A stretch of DNA of 64,000 nucleotides, taken from contig JBODTK010000016.1 of the NCBI GenBank assembly GCA_050613775.1, forward strand, positions 310,001 to 374,000, read 5' to 3'. Positions 23,538 to 36,900 of this stretch are shown piece by piece. A program made the position numbers and the translations under genes. How positions within the stretch are numbered: position 1 is the stretch's first letter; each line of letters begins with the position of its first letter. The notes under the pieces are model-generated. The model was given only the letters and a program-made list of their open reading frames with translations. It was not told the origin of the DNA and did no database searches. This DNA comes from Neocallimastix sp. 'constans'. Lineage: Eukaryota.

Positions 23538-24964
23538 GAAGTAATTTCATTTTATTTCCACAAAAATAATATCATCAACTTTTTTTTTTTTTTTTTTTAA
23601 TACTAATACCATATTTATAACAGTTATCTAAAACATCATAGATAAATAAATTAAATATGAAAGGAAAAAGAGAGCACCTTTGACAAACGGTATGATGAAT
23701 ATCAGTCCAACTCATTCTAACGGACTTATTTTTTTTTTTTTTTTTTTTTTGAGGGATGATTTAATAAAATTAATTATATATATAAATTTTAATATTTTAC
23801 TTTTTTTTTTTTTTTGACATATTTCTCTGATAAAAAAATGAAAAGACTAATTTTTTTTTTTTCATGATTATGAAAATCAAATTTATTAGAATATAATAAA
23901 AAAAAGTTTCTTTAAATACATACTTTAGAGAGAGATTCTACTATGTAAATATACGTTTATATGTTTGTGTTTTGATGGGTATTTTACTAAATGTTGAACA
24001 TATAAATTATATTCATAAAATAAGTATAAATAGCATATATATAACACAGATAACACTTATACCAACATATTTCATGTATATATACAAATATCATATATCT
24101 TAATATTTATACTATTTTAATACTATAAACAGTAATATTTGAAGCTAAATTTCTATAATATCTAGCCTTAATGAACAAGTTTAATCATCAAGAATAAAAT
24201 TATTATAAAAAACAATATTTTAAATAAATGTACATTTCTCATATATTATATATTACAACTACTAATAATATTATAATAGTATAATTTATAATTTTTTTTT
24301 ATTTTTTATATATTTATTTATTTATTTATTTATTTTTTTAAAAATAATAATATAAAAAAAATTTTTTTTATTTATTTATTTTTTTACATTTAAAAAAAAA
24401 TATATCAACTCATCATTTTTTTTTTATTCTGTTTTTATAATATAAAAAAATAAAAAATAAAAAAAATTTTTTTTTTTCTTTTTTCTTTTTATATATATAT
24501 TTAATATAAAAAATATAATATTTTTTTAATGACTGAATAATTTAAATGTAAATATTAATAAAGATTAAATGAAATTAATTTTTTTTTTTTTTGTTTTTTG
24601 TTTTTTGTTTTGCTTTTTTTTTTTTGTTTTTGTTTTAAATTATATATATATATATATGCTTATTCTTAAAATGTTTTGTTTTTTTGAAATCATTTTCTAA
24701 AAAAAAAAAAAATAAAATAAAATTTTTTTTATTAATATTATTGATTATATGATTATTTAATGTAATATAAAATAAATTAAAATTATATAATAAATTAGAA
24801 TTTCCTTTTCTCCTTCTTTTAATTAAGAAAATTAATTTAGTATTTATATATATATATTTATTATATATTATTGGTATCATGAGAAACTATCTATAATATA
24901 TTAAATATTTTTATTTTTATTCAAATGGATTTATTAAATAATTTTTTTTGGTTAAATTTTATTT

Positions 24965-27900
24965 TTAAATTAATAATTCATTATCCATATATTGATCATA
25001 AGAAGGAGTTTTGACTGAATCTTCTCCAAAAATCTTTGTAACAATCATATTTATAAGATCTTCTGTTGTTATTTCACTATTTAGTAATGATGATTGAGGA
25101 AGTTCAACATTCTTTTCATCTTCAACCCATTTTACAATTTCTGTTGAAGTTAAAGAATCTAAACCATAGACTTGTAGTGGTACATTGGTATCAATATCTT
25201 CATCAACTAAACCCAATAAATCTTGTAATTTTTCAACAACTTCATTTCTTAAAAGTCCAACGACTTCTTGTCTATTTCCAGTAGAAATATTTTTCTTCTT
25301 TAACATATCATCAGCTACTATAGCTTCATGAGTTTGATCATATCGATTAACAGAACCATCAAATGTACTTTCACTATCAGCAATACTTGATACTGGTTTT
25401 GATTTTGAAATATCATCATTGAAATCCATACTAGTATTATTGGATGGGACATTATAGAAATTTGATCCATCATTCTTAGCTAATAAATTACGAGAAATAA
25501 TATTAATTAATTCATTCGTGGTTACTTCATCACTTAGTAATTGATTTTGTGGTATGGAAATCTTATATTCGTCTTGAACCCAATTGATTACTTCCATGGC
25601 TGTTAAAGAATCTAATCCATAGACACGAAGTGGAATAGCGGGATCAATTTTTTCATCAACCAAACCTAACATATTTTGTAATCTATCACATACATCATTC
25701 TTTAAAGCTTCACTATCTATATTATTAGTTTTTATTTCATCCTTTTGAAGAGTTGGAATGTGTTGATAAAGAGGATCAATATTGGATTGAACTTCAACAG
25801 TTTGAACATTTAAGCTAGTTGGAATTACTGGTGTAACTGGTGCTACTGTATTCTTAACAGCTGGGGCAACTATTGGTGCTGGTGCAGCAGCAATAGGTAC
25901 TGGTGCAGCTGGGGACGATTCAGTAGCTGGAGCAGAAGAAGAACCATCCATAATGACATTAATTAAATCTTCAGTAGTAATATCATCTCCTAATAATTGA
26001 CTTTGACTGAATTCAATATTCATTTCACTTTCTATCCATTTAGTTAATTCCATAGCAGTTAAAGAATCTAAACCATAGACACGAAGTGGAATGGTAACAT
26101 CAATTTCTTCATCAATTAAACCTAACATGCTTTGTAATTTTTCAGTAATATCCTTGGTTAATTTGTCCCTGTTAAGACCACTAGATTTCTTAGCAATAGT
26201 AGCAGGTGCAGCTCTTACTTGAGCAACTGGAGCTGGAACTGGAGCTGGTTGGAACGATTTAACTGGTGGTTTAATTGATGCTTGAACTGGTGCTGGAACT
26301 GGTACTGGAACTTGTTGGAAAGATCTCGTTTGAGTAATATGTGTTGGAACTGGTGCTGGTTGGAAGGATCTTACTGAAGGTTGTTGATATGCAGCAACAG
26401 GTGCTGGTGCAGCTGGGGACGATTCAGTAGCTGGAGCAGATGAAGAACCATCCATAATGACATTAATTAAATCTTCGGTAGTAATATCATCTCCTAATAA
26501 TTGACTTTGACTGAATTCAATATTCATTTCACTTTCAATCCATTTGGTTAATTCCATAGCAGTTAAAGAATCTAAACCATAGACACGAAGTGGAATGGTA
26601 ACATCAATTTCTTCATCAATTAAACCTAACATGCTTTGTAACTTTTCAGTAATATCCTTTGTTAATTTCTCCTTGCTTAGACCATTAGATTTCTTAGCGG
26701 TAGCGACTGAAACTTGAGTTCTTGATGTATCAACTGGAAGAGCAGCTGAAGCTATAACTGGAGCTGGTTGTACATTTCTTACTGGAACAGATTTTGGTAC
26801 TCGAGTAGCAACTTGGGATGATTGGAGGTTTTGGGGTGAAACTGGTTTTGGAACTTGTGCATTAATAGAAGCGGTTTGGAAAGGTTTCGATTGATTAACA
26901 ACTGGTATAGTAGCTGGTGCTGCGACTTGAACTGGAACCGAAGCTGAAGAAGAACCATCCATGATAACATTAATTAAATCTTCAGTAGTAATATCATCTC
27001 CTAATAATTGACTTTGACTGAATTCAATATTCATTTCACTTTCTATCCATTTGGTTAATTCCATAGCAGTTAAAGAATCTAAACCATAGACACGAAGTGG
27101 AATGGTAACATCAATTTCTTCATCAATTAAACCTAACATGCTTTGTAATTTTTCAGTAATATCCTTGGTTAATTTGTCCTTATTAAGACTACTGGATGGT
27201 TTAGCAGCAGCAACTGGAGCTGGTTGGAAAGATTTTGCTTGAGCAACAGGAAGAACTGGAGCTGGTTGGAAAGACTTTACTTGAGCCATTGGGGCAACCG
27301 TTGTTGGTTGGAAAGGTTTTGCTTGAGATACTGGGGCAGCAGCTGGAGCCGAAGCTGAAGAGGAACCATCCATGATGACATTAATTAAATCTTCAGTAGT
27401 AATATCATCTCCTAATAATTGACTTTGACTGAATTCAATATTCATTTCACTTTCAATCCATTTGGTTAATTCCATAGCAGTTAAAGAATCTAAACCATAG
27501 ACACGAAGTGGAATGGTAACATCAATTTCTTCATCAATTAAACCCAACATACTTTGTAATTTTTCAGTAATATCTTTGGTTAATTTGTCCTTATTAAGAC
27601 TACTGGATGGTTTAGCCGCAGCAACTGGAGCTGGTTTGAAAGATTTAACTTGAGCAACTGGGGCAACTGGAGCTGGTTGGAAAGACTTTGCTTGAGCAAC
27701 AGGAAGAACTGGAGCTGGTTGTAAAGATTTAGCTTGAGCAACAGGAAGAACTGAAGCTGGTTGGAAAGACTTTACTTGAGCCATTGGGGCAACCGTTGTT
27801 GGTTGGAAAGGTTTTGCTTGAGATACTGGGGCAATTGGAGTTGGTTGGAAAGACTTTGTCTGAGCAATTGGAGCAGCAGCTGGAGCCGGAGCTGAAGAGG

Positions 27901-30900
27901 AACCATCCATGATAACATTAATTAAATCTTCAGTAGTAATATCATCTCCTAATAATTGACTTTGACTGAATTCAATATTCATTTCACTTTCTATCCATTT
28001 GGTTAATTCCATAGCAGTTAAAGAATCTAATCCATAGACACGAAGTGGAATGGTAACATCAATTTCTTCATCAATTAAACCTAACATGCTTTGTAATTTT
28101 TCAGTAATATCTTTGGTTAATTTGTCCTTATTAAGACTACTGGATGGTTTAGCAGCAACAACTGGAGCTGGTTTGAAAGATTTAGCTTGAGCAACTGGAA
28201 GAACTGGAGTTGGTTGGAAAGACTTTGCTTGAGCAACTGGAACAACTGAGGCAACAGCTGGTGTAATTGCTGGAGCAGATGGAGAAGATTCAGTAGCTGG
28301 AGCAGAAGAAGAACCATCCATGATAACATTAATTAAATCTTCAGTAGTAATATCATCTCCTAATAATTGACTTTGACTGAATTCAATATTCATTTCACTT
28401 TCAATCCATTTGGTTAATTCCATAGCAGTTAAAGAATCTAAACCATAGACACGAAGTGGAATGGTAACATCAATTTCTTCATCAATTAAACCCAACATAC
28501 TTTGTAATTTTTCAGTAATATCCTTAGTTAGTCTATCCTTGTTAAGACGAGTAGCTGGTTTAGCTACGGTAACTGGAGCAGCAACTTTCACTTGAGTGTT
28601 TGGAGCGGATTGGAAAGATCTTGATTTCATAGTAACATGATCAGCAGCTGGAGCTACAGTACCAGAATTAAAGGAACCTATCTGAACAGGAACTGGATTA
28701 ATTGGAACTGGTCTAAAGGTTTTTATTGCCACTGGAGTAAAGGAACGCATGGAAGAAGTACCAGTAGCAGTGGCACCTGGTCTTGGAGTAGAGGTTGGTT
28801 CATCCATATAATGACCACCACCATTCTTAATTAAAGATGGAAGATTCAATTTCTTTTCAGTTGGGTAGGTCACATTTGGAACTGGATTAACACCACGTAA
28901 ATGAGAAATACTACGAGTTACTGGAGCAACAAAAGTAGCATCATAGGACATATCAGCCCAATTCTTAGCCATGTAAACATTAGCTGGGAGATCATAACGA
29001 ATTAAACCATCCATAACATTAACTAATTCATCGGTATCTAAAAGAGCAATTAATTGCTCAAAGTCCTTGGATTGTTTTGTTTGATTCCACTTAGCTAAGT
29101 AACCAGAACCACGCATAGCTGGAAGTGCAATACAATTACCTGAAAGTCCCTTTTCTCTACGATGATCAACAATTGAACTTAAGAAGGCATTAGCAGCACC
29201 ATAAGCCGTTTGACCACGATTACCTAAGACATCAAGAATAGAAGAAAAGACCACAAACAATTGAACTTGATGAGCCTTTTGAGCCGTAACCAAATGTAAA
29301 TTCCATGCTCCTTCAGCCTTGGCATTGAAACCCTTACGAAGTAAGGCAAGATCAGAAGTACTAATTAAACCAGGAGCAAAGCGATTAGCTAAATGGAAGA
29401 CACCAGCAATTCTTGGTTGGCATTGTTCGAATAATTGTTTAACATCTGTCTTGTTAGTAATATCACAGGTCTTAATCATGACATTTATATTCTTTTCCAT
29501 TAATGATCTAACAATTGGTTGTTGGTATTGCTTTTCAACAGAACCACTAGTAGTTAATAAAATGTTCTTAGCACCACGGCTAACGAGCCAAAGAACAACT
29601 CTTAAACCTACACCACCAAAAGCACCAGTAACTAAATAGGTCATGTTGGAATCAATCAAGGTTAATGGAGAACATTCATATTTCATTTTTTCATCAAATT
29701 CAATACATGTCTTGCCAATATTTCTACCACTAGCAAGATAGAAGAAGGCATCCTTGTATTTATTAGCTGGGAAAATTTTAGCTGGTATTGGCGTAAGTTT
29801 ACCAGTATTGAACAAATCAAAGATAATATTTTTGTAGACACTCATTTGTTGGTTACTGAGAAGATCAATATGGGATGAGACAAAGGAAATATTATTAAGA
29901 AGACAGTGAAGACCCAACTTGCTGTCATTTAAAATATCTGTCTTTCCAATTTCAACAAATTTACCACCATTCTTTAAGCATTTAATTCCCATTCGAAGGC
30001 TACTTCCAGAAAGAGAGTTTAATACAAAATCAACACCTTCTCCATTCGTCCAATTCATTACATCACGATAAAATTCTTCTGGATTTCTAGAGTTGGTTAC
30101 ATGTTCAAGACCATAGGTTTCACGGAGGAATTGTTGTTTAGAAGAAGAAGCACTAGCAATAATATTAGCACCCCAAAGTTGACATAATTTCACAGCAGCT
30201 TGACCAACACCACCAGCAGCTGCATGAATTAAAATTGTTTGACCAGGTTTAATACCACCAGCACGAACGTGTAAACTGTAATAAGCGGTAATAAAAACAA
30301 TAAACATACCGGCATATTCAACTTTATACATACTTTCTGGAATCTTCTGAACAGAAAGTGGATCAACAACACTATAGGTACGTAATAGATGACCATACTT
30401 GTGAGAAAAGGCAACCACTGGATCACCAATTTGTAATTTATTTCTTGGGTTGCTTGCGACGTTTTTACCGATAGCAACAACTCGACCAATACATTCCATA
30501 CCTGGTTCATAATCATCAAATCCAATAAGAGCATCCATAGCAGTCATAATATCCTTGAATTGTAATGAAACACCCTTTGTTTTAACAACAACTTCATCAT
30601 CACTATAGGATGGAAGACCAATGCATTCACTGTACTTCATTTGACCAATTTGTCCATTAGCACTTCTTTCTAACTTTATGTTTGAAGACTTCACTACGGG
30701 TTCCTTATCAAGTTTCATAAATCTTACACATTGAATCTTACCATCAATAATTTCAACTTCTGGATCATCCATAGTTAAACTACTACGTAAAGTAGCTAAA
30801 TATAGATCTTCAAATTTATCGGTATGAGCAGTGAATAATGGGACTTTACATTCAGCACGAGCAGCACGAACCATACCAATAACTGCCTTACTAGTAGCTA

Positions 30901-33900
30901 TAGCATGAGATTGAACAGATTCATCCTTGATGTACTTGGAAGCAGCAAACAACGTTGGGATTTCATAATTAACCATAGTCTTAAGAACCATAAATGCACG
31001 ATCAATTTCTGGACTTTCAATGTAACTAGTATCGATAACAAAGGTTTCCTTTGGTTCAATCATCTTACTCTCTACCATTTGTTGAATATTCTCAACATAA
31101 TTACCTGGTAAAACCCAAATATTCTGTAAACCAGCAACAACACTACCAATATGAGTGGCAAAAGTATTAGCTTCATTTTGTTGGTTTTCAGTACACATAA
31201 CAATAACATTACGACAATTGACAGGTAAAGATTCCGTAGTTGAAGGAGCCTTTTCTTCATAACCTAAAATATGAATCCAATCAATTGCCTTTTCGGCCTT
31301 GGTACGACGGAAAGACATAGTTAAACCTTCAACATAACCAAAGATATTTTTGTTTTCATCATATATGTAAACATTAGAAACACATTCCTTAAAGTCTTGT
31401 TTTACTAATTCAGTAGCAACAATAAGAGTACCTTCTGGGAAGTGACCACCTTGGCTTAAAACAATCTTCTTCATACGAATTGGAAGAGCTTGGCTATCAC
31501 CAGCAGCAACACCAGAAGCAAAAACGATTTGAATACAGTTATCTAAAACAGCAGGATGACAAACCATCTTTTGATGTTCCTTAGTTACAGTTAACTTACC
31601 ATATGCAACATTCTTTCCAGAACGAATAGCCTTATATAAACGGAATTCCTTACCATAATCTAAACCAATTTCTTCAGTACGGTTATAGAACATGGCTGGA
31701 GTAACACCTTGACCACCAGCAACAGAAGCACATTGCTTAATGAAGTAATCAGCAGATGGAAGATTCTTTAAAGTTTCAGTTTCATCCTTATCGTTAAACT
31801 TACCTGAAGAAACTTCAACATCATCATTAAAGATAATCTTATAAGTATGATTACTTCTTTCTTCTTCATAAGTAATTGGCATTGGTCCTGTAACGGTATT
31901 AAAATCAATGTTCTTATCAAAGATACCCATACGATCAAACTTCATATCTTCAAAAGAAATGATAGGTCTTTGAGCACTCTTCAATGGATGAGCAGTAGCA
32001 AAACCACTGAAGGCACGACTTACTGAACCAGCGGCTGGAAGAACAATTTTTTTATTAACAATGTGATCTTGAAGATATCTATGATTTTCAAAGTTCCATT
32101 GATTACCTGTACTGTACAATATATTAGTTTTAGAAGAAACAAAAGTAGTCTTTTGATGTTGTGATGCATCAGTAGCCTTTGGCTTAGCAATAGGAGCTTT
32201 AGATGATGCTAAAGATGTTGCATTAACAGCACCAGCAGCCGGAGCAACCTTACCAGACTTTATGTTCTTAAGAAGTTTAAGATCATCTTCTGTAAGACCC
32301 ATTTCCTTAAGAACAATGTCACGAGTAGTATAAATATCATGGTTAGAATCAGTACCAATACGATCGGTGTATTGCTTTCTAATAAACTTACGGTTCCATA
32401 CGTGCTTTGGAAGAGTGAAATTTATTGAACGTAACTTCTTTAATGGAACAGTATCACCTGTCTTAATTTGCTTAAGATCAACCTTTCCTTCCCAAATTTG
32501 AGTATAATCGATGTATTCAATAGCATTATCAATAAATAAGACTGCACTAGTACGGCACATACTATCAATGTCATCCATTTTACGAGATAATGAAAAGTAA
32601 ACGTTATCCTTGCCATAAATTTCTTTAAGATACATACCAAGAACTGGATGAGCACCAATTTCTAATACACGCTTAGAGCACTGAGTACCAATAGTGGCGG
32701 CTGCATAGAAATTAACTGGGTTACGGATATTAGCCCACCAGTAGTTTTCATCAAATGGACCATCATATTCTTGGCCCAAGCATGCGGAAATAAACTTACA
32801 CTTTGGAGCATGAGTACGTTCACCAATTCCTTTAATACTTTCCTTGAAGGCTTGTTCAGCACCTTCAACATATGGAGAATGGAAGGCTTGCTTAACCTTT
32901 AAAACAACGGCAAAGAGATTTTGAGCTTTAGCTTCTTGAGCTACAGCATTAATTTGTTCAAGATCACCAGCTAAAGTAACAGAATTAGCACTATTAACAG
33001 CAGAGATGAAAACATTTGGCTTATTGCTCATAAAGTATTGTGCTTGTTCAACAGAACATCCAAGTGCTAACATACCCTTTCCAGTTCCATCTAATTGAGA
33101 AAGAATATGACCACGCATATATAACAGTAAAACGGCATCTTCAAGGGTAAGTATACCAGCAGCATAAGCAGCAGCAACTTCTCCCATGCTGTGTCCATAA
33201 ACTGCTTCTGGAGTAACACCCATAGCTTTCCAAATTTCAGTAAGAGCAATTTGAGCAACACCAATAGCAAGAATAGAGTATTGTGGAAGAGAAAGATCAG
33301 CTTCACTAATTTGGGCAGCATCACCCTTGAAAATTTGATACTTTTCAAAGATATCTTCACCACCATTGTAGGTAACAAGAACAGCAGCACAATAATCAAC
33401 AACCTTCTTGAAAAGACCGTTCACTTGATACATACGTCTACCCATGTTTATAAATTGGGAACCTTGACCAGAGAAAGCAAAGTTGACACCTGGTTTTTCA
33501 ATCATCTTTATACGCTTCATGTATATCTTTTCATGTCTCTTAAACTTTTCAGCATCTCCTTGTATCATTTCTTCAATTAACGCTTTAGCTTCATCAACAG
33601 AGCCGAAAATCATGGCTGAACGTACATTTTCAGATTCATGACATTGAGTAGCAATAAAAAGCTCTTGTAAAAGAACTTCCTTTGGAACTTCAGTACTCCA
33701 TTTCTTTAAAAGTTTTTTAAGGGTTTGTTCATCAAAGGCGGAAAAGGTAGCTACTACTAGATTCTTTGGATCTTTAATGGTCATCTTTAAGTCTTCTGGT
33801 TTTTCATTTACTACTTCTTCAAAAATAGCATTACCATTGGAACCACCAAAACCGAAGGAATTAACAGCGATACGTAATGTATGTGGAGTAGTCCATGGTT

Positions 33901-36900
33901 CTAATTTAGTGGCAACCTTAATACCTAATTTTTCAGCATCAATAGCTGGATTCATTTCGTTATGTGCAATGGTTGGAACCATAGTACGATGGTATAACAT
34001 CAAAATGGCCTTAATCATACCAATAATACCACTTGAATATTCACCATGACCAGTATTACCCTTACTAGAACCAATAATTAATGGATAAGTAGGTTGATCA
34101 ATAATTTCTTCAGTTTCACCTGGACGAGTAGTTTTGATTTGTTTTCCTTCACGAACTCTACGACCATAAGCATAACCGATAGAACGAGCTTCAATTGGAT
34201 CACCAACAGCCGTACCAGTACCATGAGCTTCCACATAATCAATAGTGGCTGGATCAATATTGCACTTTTCGCAAACATGAGACAATAATTTGCATTGAGA
34301 TTCGTAGGATGGCATGGTTAAAGAAGGAGTATGACCATCTTCATTAGTACCACTACCTAAGATAGCACAGTAAATCTTATCACCATCTCTAACGGCCTTT
34401 TCATATGGCTTAATCATAATCATACCAGCACCTTCAATACGAGAGTAGCCATCAGCATTCTTATCGAAAGGCTTACATGAACCATCAGTGGAAACTACAC
34501 GAAGTTGAGAATAAGCGACATAATTTCCTGGTGCAAATAATAAATTAGTACCGGCGATAAGTGCAGCATCACAATCATCAGTAATCATGGAATTAATTGC
34601 AAGGTTTAAGGCAGTCATTGAAGCTGAGCATGCTGTATTAGTACAAACAGATGGACCATTTAAATCGAAAACATAGGAAATACGATTAGCAAGAATTGAA
34701 AGTTCAAGACCAGTAGCAGAATGTTGAGTTAAATCATTTGAATGAGAAATTTGAGATGCAACAAAGTCCATACCAGAAGAACCAACAAATACACCTGTTC
34801 TGGAACCTCTCAACTTCTTAGGATTGATATTAGCATCTTCAAAAGTTTCAACAGCTAACTCTAATAACCAACGTTGTTCTGGTGACATTTCTTTAGCTTC
34901 ATTTTGAGAAATAGAGAAATATTTATTATCAAAGTAGAATGCATCTTCTAAAAAGGCACCTCTATCAGTTTGTATGGTACCTCTCTTTGGTTCTTTGTTG
35001 TACCATTCTGCTGTATTCCAACGATCACCTGGAATCTCTGAGGTAAGACAACGTCCAGTAGTGAGCATTTCCCAGAAATCTTCTTTAGATTTAATATTAC
35101 CTGGGAAACGACAACCAACACCAATAACGGCATACTTTGGTTTATTAATTGGATGAAGATAACTTTTCTTTTCATAAGTATCAAATTCAGTAACTCTTGG
35201 TTTTAATGGATTTGGAATGGAAGGATAAATCTTAGAGGACTTATTAACTAAAATTTCAGGGTATTCTTGTTGAGCTACACGTCCTATAATACTTAAAGCT
35301 TCATCGATATCTTCATCAGTGAGTGAACCTAAAACAGTAGTTCTTAATCTAGCCATATTCTTTGGAACAGCTGGGAAAGCAACAGCAGAGAAATTTAAAC
35401 CTTCTTCATATAAACGTCTTTGGAATTTAATACCATTAATTTCATCATAAATCATAATTGGACATACACAACTAACACCTTCAATAATTTCAAAACCAAG
35501 GTTACGAATACCTTCTTTCCAATGTTTTACATTACGTTGAAGTCTGGCACGAATGCTATTTGGACCTTCTTCTTCAATTAAGTCAAGAGCTTTTAATGAA
35601 GTAGCAGCATATACTGGGGTATTATTTGTTGAGAAAATAATACCACTTGAATTTTCTAATTTGTTTTGATACTCTCTTCTACAACAAATATAACCACCGT
35701 GAGAACAAAGTGATTTAACTAAAGTACCAGTAACAAAATCAACAGATCCTGGCATATTAAAATAGTCTAATGTACCATAACCGTGTGGACCTTTATATTT
35801 TAGTTATTTCATTTCATTTTAAAAAACAATTATATTTAAGTAATAAAAATTGATTTAATCCAAATGACAAAATTGTTAAATAAATATTATATATATATAT
35901 ATATATAATTATTATTAATTGTATAAAATTTAACACATAAAAAATGAATTATATATTTTAATTAGTATATTGCAAAAAGATAATTAATTATTTATATATA
36001 ATTGTATATAATTATAGCTATTTTTATTTTTATTATAAATAAATTTAGCTCTTTCCATTTAATGAAAAAATTTTTTCATAAAAAACTTACCAATGATACC
36101 CAAAGCATGACATTCATCAATCATAGTTTTACAATTGTATTTCTTTGCAATTCTAACAATATTTGGTAAATCACAAACATCACCTAGATTAATTTAAATT
36201 AAAAAATTATTTATGTACATAATCATAACATTATTAGATATTTGAGAGAACTTTTCATAAAATATTTTAAAAAAAAAAAAAAATATTAAATTTGAATATA
36301 ATTATTTATATCAAATAAGTTAAATTTTGAAATAATTTACCTTCCATACTAAATACACCATCGAAAATAATTAATTTAACTCTATCTGGGAATTTTTCAT
36401 TAATTAATTTTACATTTTTTTCTAAATCTTCCATATCATTGTGCTTATATTTAATCATTTTGGCTTTAGACAAATCAATACCATCGATAATTGTAGTATG
36501 ATTTAATTCATCTGAAAAAACAAAATCTTTAGCACCAACAATTAATGGAATAATGGTCATATTTGCAAGAGTAGCTATTGTATTAAATATCATATTTAGT
36601 AAAATAAAATATATATATATATATATAAAAATAATTATATATATATATATAATTATTTTTTTTTTTTTTTTTTTTTAGTAATGAAAACTCCATTTTATAA
36701 TATCTTTAGCAATTAAATAAAAAATAAATTATATACATACCTCCAGAAGTAGTTACACCATATGGTAAACCATATATTTTACCTAAACGATAACCTAACT
36801 TCTCATGAAGATTAGTTAAACCACCAAATGGTGCACTTCCCAGAGGACTCAATCCATATTGTTCAATTGCTTTATAAGCAGCTTCTTTCATTCTTGGATC

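Noticed and set aside
25066..35184. Numerous short alternative-frame and antisense ORFs within the PKS
   Set aside because: They have no motifs and are expected by-products of a long, codon-biased CDS.
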